40,829 nt of DNA from assembly GCF_001194135.2 (NCBI RefSeq), contig NC_068989.1, positions 14,477,665 through 14,518,493 on the forward strand. The letters are read 5' to 3'. Shown here piece by piece: positions 9,716 to 21,123 of the stretch. This stretch comes from Octopus bimaculoides. Taxonomy: Eukaryota. The notes beneath the pieces are model-generated. The model worked only from the letters and a program-made list of their open reading frames with translations. It was not told the DNA's origin and made no database searches. The position numbers were made by a program, and so were the translations under genes. Positions within the stretch are counted from its first letter, which is position 1. Each line of letters begins with the position of its first letter.

Positions 9716-10180
9716 TATCATCATCATCGTTTAATGTCCGCTTTCCCTGCTAGCATGGGTTGGACGATTTGACTGAGGACTGGTGAACCAGATGGCTGCA
9801 CCAGGCTCCAATCTGATCTGACAGAATCTCTACAGCTGGATGCCCTTCCTAACGCCAACCACTCCGAGAGTGTAGTGGGTGCTTTTACGTGCCACCGGCA
9901 TGAGGGCCAGTCAGGCGGTACTGGCAACGGCCACACTCAACATGGTGTTTTTTACGTGTCACCTGCACAGGAGCCAGTCCAGCAGCACTAGCAACGACCT
10001 TGCTCAAATGTTTTCCAACGTGCCACTGGCACAAGTGCCAGTAAGGCAATGCTGGTAACGATCATGCTGAAATGGTGCTATTTATGTGCCACTGGTACAG
10101 AAGCCAGACAGCTGCTGTGGGAATGATCATGTTCGGACGGTGCTGTTAATGCTCCACTGGCACAGGTGCCAGTCATCGAA
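9716..10180 (-). mobile_element. Family C element with five internal ~65-bp subrepeats and (GAT)n tail
   Basis: The 3' part is near-identical to 11581-11750 and 25150-25320. Subrepeats start at about 9879, 9945, 10009, 10075 and 10140. Confidence 0.85.
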
Positions 10181-11580
10181 TATGGTTCGGTGAGATACTG
10201 TGGATATATTTTCTCAGTTAACTTTCTTCATGGTGAACTCTTCCCTGTAATGAATCGTTGGTGGTGAACTTACCTGTAATCACCTGGCAATGTATTGTGT
10301 TCTTGAGCAAAACACTTCATTTCACACTCTACCAGTCCAACCGACTGTAAATGAATAATCCTGCAATGGACTTGTCCTGTTCTGCAGTGATGATGTCATC
10401 TTGGTCACTTATACACCATGGAAACTGAGTAACTGGCCCCATGAGTCCAAGAACTCAAGATAGTATACTCCTGGGATTAATAATGGTGAATATGTGATTG
10501 ATTCAAGAGAGACTTGGTTGCTATTTCTAGCATGTTGAGCAACCACTTAGAGGCTCCATCATTGCCTCAGTTTAGAGTCTGTTTACTGTACTGAAGAGTG
10601 TAAGAACCACTTGTTGACAACATTCGCTGTCCCTTGGTCTGAGTTTTTTTGTTTTTTTTTTTGCACCCAGTTGTCAAACCAACTGAGATGTTATGCTAAC
10701 ATCACCACAAAGAAAACTTCTATTTTTGCTTCCACGAAACCAACCTGTTTCTGCCTCTTGGTGTTTGTTTCAAGTTAGGCATGTTATATTGAAGTGAAGC
10801 ATGCACCAATGTGTGTGTATGTGTTTGTGTGTGTGTGTGTGTTTGTGTTTAGGAGAGAGAGAGTAACTGTATGTGGATATGTTAGAAAGTGTGTGTCTGC
10901 TCGGTTCCAATTTCAATTTGAGTCTGTTATGCATATATATATATACACTGAAAATTGTGTAAATATTTACATACATGTGTTAAGTTCTACTCTTTCTTTC
11001 CATTCCATTTCTCTCTCTCTTTTTCTATTCTCTTCCTCTACTCTCTACCCCATTGTGTTCTTTCTTTCTCTCCCCCACTCTCATGTTATAAATTTGACAT
11101 CTTATTTGATGACTTCAGTACAAAAAAAAAAAGATCTCCCTCCCTATTTACCTACCATCTCTTAAAACACTCCAGTTTTAATAGTGGTGGTGGTGGTGGT
11201 AGTAGAGGTGTTACTGCTGCTGCTACAGGATGTGTGTGCAATGGGCGAACACTCTACTAACGACATAGGTGATGCTAATATGGTAATGACAGTCATAGTG
11301 GTATCACAAATGCTAGTATCAGTGGTAGTATTACTGGTTAATTTGGTATTGGATTTCTAGTGAGAGTACAGATGGTAGTTGATGGTCCTCATTTTGCTAG
11401 TAACTCTGATGGTATCATTTGGCCAGTGTTGGTAGTTTTGAGTAAGATATTTTAAACTTTTTAAATAATCATACTTTATATATTTATACATCTATCTTGT
11501 TAATACTATATTATTTTGGACATATATCTTCTGTGATGATTTTTTTTAATGTAATTTTCCTGCTCTTATTTTATAATATA

Positions 11581-11870
11581 TCATCATCATCATCATCGTT
11601 TAATGTCCGCTTTCCATGCTAGCATGGGTTGGACAATTTGACTGAGGACTGGCAAACCAGATGGCTGCACCAGGCTCCAATCTGATCTGGCTGAGTTTCT
11701 ACAGCTGGATGCCCTTCCTAACACCAACCACTCCGAGAGTGTAGTGGGTGTTTTCAGGTGCCACCGGCATGAGGGCTAGTCGGGCAGTACTGGCAACGGC
11801 CATGCTCAAAACGGTGTTTTTTACATGCCACCTGCACAGGAGCCAGTCCAATGACCTCACTCGAATGTTC
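11581..11870 (-). mobile_element. Family C element with two subrepeats
   Basis: High identity to 9716-9990; subrepeats start at 11748 and 11814. Confidence 0.85.
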
Positions 11871-12629
11871 ATATATATANNNNNNNNNNNNNNNNNNNNN
11901 NNNNNNNNNNNNTATATATATATATATATATATATGAGGAAATGTGCACAAACAAGGACAATTTTGAACAAATGTATCAGTTTAAATGCTCAGAAAGAAG
12001 GGAGTCTTGACATTTTGGACAACAGTCCTTCATCAGAAGAAAGAAAATCACACACACATTTTAAGATGCCTTCTTTCCTTCCTCCATCCTTCTATATGTA
12101 AATGTCAATGAAAATGAGTGCTCAACACTGCATTGGTGTATATAATTTAGGCTACCATTGGTTTCATGTTAAGGAAAGTAGGAAAATATATCCTAGTGTT
12201 TTAACAATTTTTCAAGCTGATCATATAGAGAAAGGTGTTCACCTCCATTTCATCTAATGTCCGTTTTTCTATGCTGTCAAAGGATGGTTGGAATGCAGTA
12301 CAGCTGAACGGTTAAGAAGTTTACATTGCAATCACAGGGTCCCAGGTTCAATCTTACTGTGTGGCATCTTAGACAAGTCTTGTTTATTAAGGACAGCTTT
12401 AGTACAATTGGAGGGTAGGCACTGACTGTTTTGAAGCTTGTTCAGATAGATTGCACCTGTAATTCAAAGGTTCATCTAACCTTTTTGCACATTGTCATGC
12501 TGATTCTGCTTGGGATCACATGTCTGTGGAATACTCAGCCACTATGAATAGGTAGTTCACTTGATTGAACAACCGAACACTTGAAATCAACAGAGATCAA
12601 TCTTATGGAGATGTGTGTGTGTGGTTGGT

Positions 12630-12812
12630 GCCACATAAAAGGCACCCAGTTCACTCTGTAAAGTGGTTGGCGTTAAGAAAGGTATCCAGCTGTAGAAACC
12701 ATCCTTAAACACAATTAGAGCCTGGTGCACTTCTCTGGCTTGCCAGCTCATGTCAAATCAACCAACCAACCCATGCCAGCATGAAAAAATGGAGTTTAAA
12801 AGATAATGATGC
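12630..12812 (+). mobile_element. Family C variant, diverged
   Basis: GGTGCCACATAAAAGGCACCCAGT.CACTCTGTAAAGTGGTTGGCGTTAAGAAAGGTATCCAGCTGTAGAAAC...AACCCATGCCAGCATG. Confidence 0.7.
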
Positions 12813-13786
12813 CATGTATGTGTGTGTGTGTGTGAAGGACCTTTGCAAGATGCATTTGTAGGGCAGGTGCTATGTCTCTGACACGTTTGGGGGCAAATAA
12901 TTTTCTACTGGTGCTGCTAGAGATATGTGTATAGTGGGATGGGGAGGGGGGTCAGGGGTCAGAGAGGTATTTTTATTATTTTCTTTTGGAAAGTTACACA
13001 AGCACAAATACACACACACACATTTCCTCTCNNNNNNNNNNNNNNNNNNNNNNNNNNNNNNNNNNNNNNNNNNNNNNNNNNNNNNNNNNNNNNNNNNNNN
13101 NNNNNNNNNNNNNNNNNNNNNNNNNNNNNNNNNNNNNNNNNNNNNNNNNNNNNNNNNNNNNNNNNNNNNNNNNNNNNNNNNNNNNNNNNNNNNNNNNNNN
13201 NNNNNNNNNNNNNNNNNNNNNNNNNNNNNNNNNNNNNNNNNNNNNNNNNNNNNNNNNNNNNNNNNNNNNNNNNNNNNNNNNNNNNNNNNNNNNNNNNNNN
13301 NNNNNNNNNNNNNNNNNNNNNNNNNNNNNNNNNNNNNNNNNNNNNNNNNNNNNNNNNNNNNNNNNNNNNNNNNNNNNNNNNNNNNNNNNNNNNNNNNNNN
13401 NNNNNNNNNNNNNNNNNNNNNNNNNNNNNNNNNNNNNNNNNNNNNNNNNNNNNNNNNNNNNNNNNNNNNNNNNNNNNNNNNNNNNNNNNNNNNNNNNNNN
13501 NNNNNNNNNNNNNNNNNNNNNNNNNNNNNNNNNNNNNNNNNNNNNNNNNNNNNNNNNNNNNNNNNNNNNNNNNNNNNNNNNNNNNNNNNNNNNNNNNNNN
13601 NNNNNNNNAACTAAGCAAAATGAACCCTTCATGAGAATGTTTTCGTAAGAGTAAGTGGAGGGGCAAGTAAGGTATGGAGAAAAAATAAAATAATAATAAA
13701 AGAAACAGAAGAAATGTTAATCTGTATCTCTCTCTCTCTCTCTCTCTCTCTCTTTATACACACACACACACACACACACACATGAA

Positions 13787-14090
13787 GGCACATGGCTCAG
13801 TGGTTAGAGTGCTGGGCTTACAATCATGAGGTAGTGAGTTCAATTCATGGACCAGGCTGAGCAAGACACTTTATTTCTTGTTGCTCCAGTTCACTCAGCT
13901 GTAGAAATGAATTGCAACATCACTGATGCCAAGCTGTATTGGCCCCTTTGCCTTTCCCTTGGATAACATCAGTGATGTGGAGAGAGGAGACTGGTATGCA
14001 TGGGCAATTGATGGTCTTCCATAAACAACTTTGCCCAGACTTGTGTCACAGAGGGGAATTTTCTAGGTGCAATCCCATGGTATTTTTCTG
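13787..14090 (+). mobile_element. Family F tRNA-headed CORE-like SINE
   Basis: GGCACATGGCTCAGTGGTTAGAG (A box), GAGTTCAATTC (B box), then TGAGCAAGACACTTTATTTC...GCTCCAGTTCACTCAGCTGTAGAAATG. A related decayed segment lies at about 10295-10355. Confidence 0.65.
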
Positions 14091-14097
14091 TGATGAG

Positions 14098-14129
<32 letters not shown>

Positions 14130-14710
14130 GGCGGCGAGCTGGTGGAATCGTTTGCACTCTGGGGAAAAATGCTTAGCAGCATTTCATCCATCGTTACATT
14201 CTGAGTTCAAATTCCACCGAGGTTGACTTGGTCTTTCATCCTTTTAGGATCGATAAAATAAGTACCAGTCAATTACTGGGGTCAATGTGATCGACTAGCC
14301 TCCCCCTCTCCCCACAAATCTTAGGCTTTGTACCTCTAGTAGAAAGAATTATTATCATCATTATTATTGTTAAGATGGCGAGTTGGCAGAATTGCTTAGC
14401 TGTATTTTGTCTGCTGCTACATTCTGAGTTCAAATTCCACCAAGGTCGACTTTGCTTTTCATCCTTTCAGGATGTGTGCTGGGGTCGATCTAATCGACTG
14501 CCCCCCCCTCTCCTCCCACCAAACTTCAAGCTTTGTACCTATAGTAGACAGGATTATTATTGTTGTTGCTATTGTTTGGGTGAACTGGCAGGTTCTTTGG
14601 AGAGAATTTCTTTCAGCTCTTTATATTCTGGGTTCAAATCCTGTCATGGTCAACGTTGCTTTTTATCTCTCTAGAACCAATAAAGTAAAGTTCCAGCCAA
14701 GCACTGGAAT
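14130..14710 (+). mobile_element. Three head-to-tail family B SINE copies separated by (ATT)n tails
   Basis: Heads GGCGGCGAGCTGG (14130), GATGGCGAGTTGG (about 14374) and GGTGAACTGGCAGG (about 14579). The first two carry TCTGAGTTCAAATTCC and the third TCTGGGTTCAAATCC; each follows an ATT-rich tract. Confidence 0.8.
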
Positions 14711-14880
14711 GTCTTTGATCATAGGATCTGATAGGATCAGTATAATCTAGGATTAAACAACCACACTATCTTCTTGTTTTCAGGTAGATAAGGTGATATA
14801 TAAATATTGTATTATCTCATGGTGTTTGTTGTCAGCTCTCTGAGTAAAAGAGAGAAAATAACTTTTTTACACATCCTATA

Positions 14881-15100
14881 CTCTTTACTCTTTTTACTCT
14901 TTTACTTGTTTCAGTCATTTGACTGTAGCCATGCTGGGGCACCGCCTTTTAGTCGAGCAAGTCGACACCAGGACTTATTCTTTGGAAGCCTAGTACTTAT
15001 TCTATTGGTCTCTTTTTGTCGAACCGCTAAGTCGCGGGGACGTAAACACACCAGCATCGGTTGTCAAGCGATGTTACGGGGACAAACACAGACACACAAA

Positions 15101-15133
<33 letters not shown>

Positions 15134-15521
15134 CGACGGGCTTCTTTCAGTTTTCCGTTTACCAAATCCACTCACAAGGCTTTGGTTGGCCCGAGACTAT
15201 AGTAGAGAANNNNNNNNNNNNNNNNNNNNNNNNNNNNNNNNNNNNNNNNNNNNNNNNNNNNNNNNNNNNNNNNNNNNNNNNNNNNNNNNNNNNNNNNNNN
15301 NNNNNNNNNNNNNNNNNNNNNNNNNACACACACACACACACACATATATATATACGACGGGCTTCTTTCAGTTTTCCGTTTACCAAATCCACTCACAAGG
15401 CTTTGGTCGGCCCAAGACCATAGTAGAGAAGACACTTGCCCAAGGTGCCATGCAGTGGGACTGAACCCGGAACCATGTGGTTGGTAAGCAAGCTACTTAC
15501 CACACAGCCACTCCTGCACCT
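14881..15521 (-). mobile_element. Family A SINE, full length, spanning a gap with duplicated flanks
   Basis: Tail (CTCTTTTA)n, 3' half, CA/TA linker, CORE-like segment and head ending CCACTCCTGCACCT. 15110-15209 is repeated at 15326-15430. Confidence 0.85.
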
Positions 15522-16961
15522 ATATATAGATTTTTTTTATTTTTAATACCAAATGAAATTTATATTTAGGGTTGTTATTACCTTCACATTCTCTCACCTT
15601 TTCACCAACATCTCACATCCATGCACTAACGAATATTTAGAAACTCTACACCTTATCAATGTCTTCCCCTGCAGGTGGTTCTGTTTTATTCTCCTGTTAT
15701 TATCTCCTTTCTTCCTTCACACCATAACACATGCACTAACGAGCACACCTTCCTCAATGAATCGGTCAGGTGGGATTTTTAACAAAAGGTAGTATTGAAA
15801 AACCAGAGGGCTTTTTTTATCAGCTGCTTGCTTACTCAGTAAGGGATTTTTTCTTTTTTTTTGCTGCCCTGGCTTCAATAATTAGCTCCACAGCAACTAA
15901 CATTTAATGACACATGTGACTCAAAGACAAAAAACAAAAAAAAACTCTTTGATCAACAAATAAATATTACACCAAAGCTTCTTTAAACGGAATATCAAGA
16001 CTTCCTTTTAGGGTTTCCTTCCCTAAATAAATATTAAGACTATAGACTGACCTTTTACTACTGAAAGATCAGGCAAACTCTGAATGTCAGACTGCATTTT
16101 TTTTATTTTATTTTACTAGTTTTTGTTTCTTGTTTTTACTTATCAAGTTTCATGACATCCAGTCAAAAGGTTTTGGAATTCTGCTTTCTAAAGAATTTGA
16201 ACAGTTAAGGTTTGTTTTAAAGGATGCAGTTTATAAGAAGAGGTTAGCTGCCCTCAAGTGATGTGTTTACAAGAAGAATTAAAAATGTGTTATACTACAA
16301 ATGTGGAAATTTGCAGTCTTGTGTCATATATATAGTGAAAAAGTTCAATAATTCCTCATTGTGAATTGCAGGGGAAAGTATAAAAAGAAGGACAATGCAC
16401 AGAAATTTTATGTTGAGCAATATATATATATATATATATCAAATAAAATATTTTCATAATCAACCGGTTTCATTTATGCTAATCAATGACTAAATAGTTA
16501 GTGAATAATGTTACAATTCCATTCCTACTAACATTGAATGAAAACTTATTATGATAGCATGGAATTGTTAACAGCACCTCTGTCTTCACTCCTATCCCCA
16601 AACCTTCTAACCACAAACTGCATTCCTTTCATCTTCTGACCTCCACTCAACCCCCTTGAATTAAACTAACTTTTCTTCATTCACATCCCCGAAGTTTCTT
16701 GTATTATTATTGATATTGTTGTTTAGCCTAAACCAGCTTTTATGCTCACATATTCCAATCGCAACTAATCACCTTTTGTTTTTCTATGGTTATATTATTC
16801 AATGTGCCTTTCCTCTTTTTAAGATGACAGGACAGATATGAGGGATAAATAACTGTTGTTTCTACTGATTTGAGTGAATGCATTGAGACTTCTGCTTTGG
16901 TTTAAGAAGTTATGTATGTGGTTAGCAATATGGCCTGCTTTTCTCTTTGCTATAGCTAACC

Positions 16962-17122
16962 TGGTGCAACACCCTGTTTTATATATAATGTCAACTGTTC
17001 TGTGCAGTCCTAAATCCACCTTCCATAACCTGGATTGCTTTTACCTATATCTCCAGTAATGGTTTCGAAAGAAATGTTGACTTGGCAATGCTTTGTATAC
17101 AGGCAGGTGAGACAGGTCGATA
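16962..17122 (-). pseudogene. Possible highly decayed non-LTR reverse transcriptase fragment
   Basis: Minus strand reads SYRPVSPACIQSIAK...(stop)...GGFR, with YRP-to-GFR spacing close to LINE RT YRPISL...QxGFR, followed by RTVDII and IKQGVAP-like motifs in other frames. The last motif is far too close to GFR unless there was a deletion. Confidence 0.25.
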
Positions 17123-17318
17123 ACTGACATACTGGCAGATTGATTCAGAGAATATTTGCTTGACATACAATGCCAACAGTTCCGGATCTCTTAAACCTGT
17201 TGCACAGCATTTCATCACTATGAGTCAGTCCCATCATCCCCCCAACTTCTTTTTTCTGTTTTTTGGTTTATTCCAACACCAGAATCACCTTTCCCTTGAC
17301 TCCTTTGTAAACAGTCAT

Positions 17319-17358
<40 letters not shown>

Positions 17359-17472
17359 CACTTCTGGAAGTATTCTCTCCAACTGGAATTAACAACCAGT
17401 TATTTTTCCCTGAATTCCTCTCCTTCTTTTACTTTCTCTTTACATGCAGCTGCACATATGCCATACACCATT

Positions 17473-17690
17473 TGAGTGGGGTGCTGAAAAGTTCCTGGCT
17501 TTAAGGGTATCATGAAAGGCCTTGTTGGAGGCCCGGCCTTCTGAGTTCTTTCACAGGGCTTAGAAAAACTGAAGGACTGCTGCAAGACATATGTGAATCT
17601 GAGAGGGGAATATATTGAATAAAATCATAATTTACAGATCTTCCTGTATTTTCTTTTACCCAAAAGCAGGAACTTTTCAGTAACCCCTCA
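17473..17690 (+). mobile_element. Mariner-derived MITE with transposase C-terminal remnant
   Basis: TIRs TGAGTGGGGTGCTGAAAAGTTCCTGGCTTT and AAAAGCAGGAACTTTTCAGTAACCCCTCA. 17554-17622 reads QGLEKLKDCCKTYVNLRGEYIE*, matching the mariner C-terminal GLxKLxxRWxKCVxxxGxYxE motif. Confidence 0.8.
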
Positions 17691-17699
17691 TTCATATAC

Positions 17700-17825
17700 C
17701 ATTCACTGGATTACTGTCCCATTGCATGGCATCTTGGGCAAGTGTCTTCTACTATAGCCTCAGGCCGACCAAAGCCTTGTCAATGGATTTGGTAGACGGA
17801 AACCGGAAGCCCGTTGTGTGTGTGT
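17700..17825 (+). mobile_element. Family A CORE-like fragment
   Basis: GTCCCATTGCATGGCATCTTGGGCAAGTGTCTTCTACTATAGCCTCAGGCCGACCAAAGCCTTG...GGATTTGGTAGACGGAAAC. Confidence 0.8.
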
Positions 17826-17888
17826 NNNNNNNNNNNNNNNNNNNNNNNNNNNNNNNNNNNNNNNNNNNNNNNNNNNNNNNNNNNNNNN

Positions 17889-17921
<33 letters not shown>

Positions 17922-18344
17922 GTCAAATTCTCCAGTCTGTGCCAATATGAAAAACACATTCATTGATGATGATGATGATTGGTTATCACTGTCCATCTTC
18001 ACTCAGAAACCACCACACCCCCACTTACCCATTCAGTCATCCAAACTCTTTGAAGCACTACACAGACATTCTATTTCAGTTTCTCAACTTTCCCACTTTT
18101 CTTTTCTCTTTTACTCTTACTCTAACCTGACAAAGAGCCCATATCAGAAATATTCGTAATTTTTTCCCCTCTTTTCAACACAACTTAATAACACATTGAT
18201 GTCACTTTTGACATTTTATTTCAGTTTTATTCCTTTGCTTTCTGTCATAAAAGTCTTGAGAGCTAGATGGTAAAAGTAGCAGGAATAACCAATTTCATAG
18301 AGATATAAGAAGGGAAACCAAATAGGTCAATCTATCACCTTTAA

Positions 18345-18567
18345 CCCTTTTATTACCATATTTTTGTCAAAATACTCTACCTTTGTTTCAACTAATTTTG
18401 GAAATAATGAGGAATTTAGTAGAATAATTTTGTCATTATTAAGTGAGTGCTTGAGACATAAATTAATGCAGAACTCTGATGGAATATTTAAATTTAGATC
18501 ATTTTCAAAATGAAAAGTTTGTATCATAGAACCAAAGACAGTTTCAAACGAGTTATTAGCAAAAGGG
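18345..18567. mobile_element. piggyBac-type MITE family P2, intact
   Basis: TTAA|CCCTTTTATTA ... TAGCAAAAGGG|TTAA, with TTAA at 18341-18344 and 18568-18571; 223 bp. Confidence 0.8.
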
Positions 18568-19299
18568 TTAAAATGCTAAAGACTGTGTAACATGACTATT
18601 CAGTGTTTGTTTATCCAATAATGTAGACTTGCTGGCCCCTAAACAACTAATTATAATTTATATTTAGAATTACTGTGGTATAGGCTTGTATGTGTATATG
18701 TTATGTGAGGGTATATATATATATATATAAATAAATACATTTATGTATGTATAATTTATACAGCTTCAATTTCTGCAGATTTATAGAACAGGGGAGAAGA
18801 AAATGAATTAAAAATGTGTTTGATTTACAAACACAATATGCATATATGGTGTATGTATACAAACTTATGTAACATTATAACACAAACCGAGCGGCGTACT
18901 GCCAAAGTAATTCTCTGTCAGATATCAGATATCCATCCAAAAACACTGTTTGTTCCTGACCATTATGATACGCTGCCATTTTAGAATAAATATTTAAAAT
19001 TCATTTATTATTATGGTTAGGTTTTTTTCTCTCCCCACCGAAAAATATATTGCTATGTATATTAAATGTAAACAATGGCATTTTCGCATTTTATATACGC
19101 ATAGGTTATAAAGAACAAAAAATGGGTTTAAAACGATATCTGAAATAAATGATTTATATGCAAGGAAATTTTATTGAAGATTGTAGAAGTTAAATCAGAG
19201 CTTGGTTTTTATATTTTTTTTTATTTTTTTACAATGCGACACAAAAGTGGCAACAAATTTGTATTTGCAAACATATTTGGTCCTTATTGTCTTTCATCT

Positions 19300-19686
19300 T
19301 TTACTTGTTTTAATCATTAGACTGCGACCATACTGGGGTACTGCTTTGAAGGGTTCTTCCACTTGAACGAATCAACCCCAGTCCTTTATTTTATTTTTTT
19401 TTTTTAAATTTGGTACTTACCTTATCGGTCTCTTTTGCTGAACTGTTAAGTCACAAGAACATAAACACACCAACACCAACACTGGTTATCAAATGGTGGC
19501 AGACAGTAAACACACACACACATATACACACACACTCACACAATAGGCTTCCACACAGTTTCCATCCACCAAATTTGTTCACAAGATCTTCATTAGCCTG
19601 GGGTATAGTACAAGACACTTGCCTAAGGTGCTATGTAGTGGGATTGAACCTGAAACCAAGCTGTTTTACCACAGCCATGTCTGCAC
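19300..19686 (-). mobile_element. Older family A copy (3' half, CA linker, 5' half)
   Basis: TTTTACTTGTTT.A.TCATT.GACTGCG.CCAT.CTGGGG...AATCAACCCCAG...TACTT...GGTCTCTTTTGC.GAAC.G.TAAG, then AAGACACTTGCCTAAGGTG...GTGGGATTGAACC. Confidence 0.65.
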
Positions 19687-19725
19687 CCAATTGGAGAAAT
19701 GTAAACAAATTATGGTTTTCTGAGG

Positions 19726-19808
<83 letters not shown>
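19726..19808. repeat. (CT)n microsatellite
   Basis: About 40 near-perfect CT units; source of the poly-ER/LS ORFs. Confidence 0.95.
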
Positions 19809-19811
<3 letters not shown>

Positions 19812-20519
19812 CTGCATGGTACAGGCAAACTGGAGCAGGTGGAGTCATCCTTTTAACCCAGAGATGCATATTTATCAGTGGGGTGACCCCAGTATTTTGT
19901 TGTTCCTCTATTTTATCAATCTCAGTTAGACACACAGCAAAGTCAGCCTCAGAAAGATTCAAATTCAAAATGTAAAACAGAGACATAACCAAGATCTCAA
20001 AACATCTGATATTCTTGCAATTTCCCCACGAGTGGAACTTCTTTGCTATCATTGGACCTTCTAGAAATAACAGCCAAATATGTCTCAAATCACATGTTGC
20101 TGCCTTAAGGAGTAGAATACACTAGATAAAGTAGCCTTATATATTATTCTAAAACAGATGGGATAGTCACAGTGAGATTGCTTCTGATCATAGATCTGCT
20201 GAATTTGTGTTGACCTGGGGCTAAACAGCAGCCCGTAGCTTTTTTTTCTTAAAAATATTTACTTAATTATTTTGATGATTATTTAGTTTCTGTATATATA
20301 TTTTTTTTTTAATCAAGATTTGAATATATTTAAGTGCAGGTTGCTTAGTAATTAGTTTGATATGAATATTCAAAATAGCTAGACAGTAGCAATTAAAAAA
20401 GTCTCTATGAATTTTTAATTAACCTGAATTGATTAAATAAAATTTTAACCATGAATCATTATAGTTTTCAGGACTTTTTTCTTTTAACATATTACTTATT
20501 TACTTGTTTATCCTTTTAC

Positions 20520-20569
<50 letters not shown>

Positions 20570-20574
20570 ATATA

Positions 20575-20787
20575 CTCTCTTTACTCTTTTACTTGTTTCA
20601 GTCATTTGACTGTGGCCATGCTGGAGCACCGCCTTTAGTCGAGCAAATCGGCACCAGGACTTATTCTTTGTAAGCCTAGTACTTATTCTATCGATCTCTT
20701 TGACCAAACCGCTAAGTTACGGGGACGTAAACACACCAGCATCGGTTGTCAAGCGATGTTGGGGGGCCATACACAAACACACACACA

Positions 20788-20831
<44 letters not shown>

Positions 20832-20990
20832 TACGATGGACTTATTTCAGTTTCCGTCTACCAAATCCACTCACAAGGCTTTGGTCGGCCCGAGGCTATA
20901 GAAGAAGACACTTGCCCAAGGTGCCACGCAGTGGGACTGAACCCAGAACCATGTGGTTGGTTAGCAAGCTACTTACCACACAGCCACTCT
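20575..20990 (-). mobile_element. Family A SINE, near full length and ungapped
   Basis: Tail CTCTTTACTCTTTTACTTG, 3' half, (CA)/(TA)n linker at about 20770-20832, CORE-like segment and head to CACAGCCACTC. Confidence 0.9.
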
Positions 20991-20995
20991 TACAA

Positions 20996-21123
20996 GTCAA
21001 CCAACATGTGAATTTCTTCAATGAGAGGGAAAAAAGAAAAGCATTCTAGTTAATGTGTAATTACATAACAAGCTTACTGCCATTGTCCATTATCATCGAT
21101 AAATGCTGTCCAAGTAGGCTAGT
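20996..21123 (+). repeat. Unclassified ~125-bp dispersed duplication, copy 1
   Basis: Roughly 80% identical by eye to 24011-24137 (GTCAACCAACATGT.AA.TTTCTTCAATGAGAG...TTCTAGTTA.TG.TGTAATTAC.TAAC.AGC.TACTG.CATTGT.CATTATC). Confidence 0.8.

Noticed and set aside
13787-13850. Possible tRNA gene (also 36395-36446 and the heads of families A and B)
   Set aside because: No complete cloverleaf or acceptor stem; where readable, each continues into SINE body sequence.
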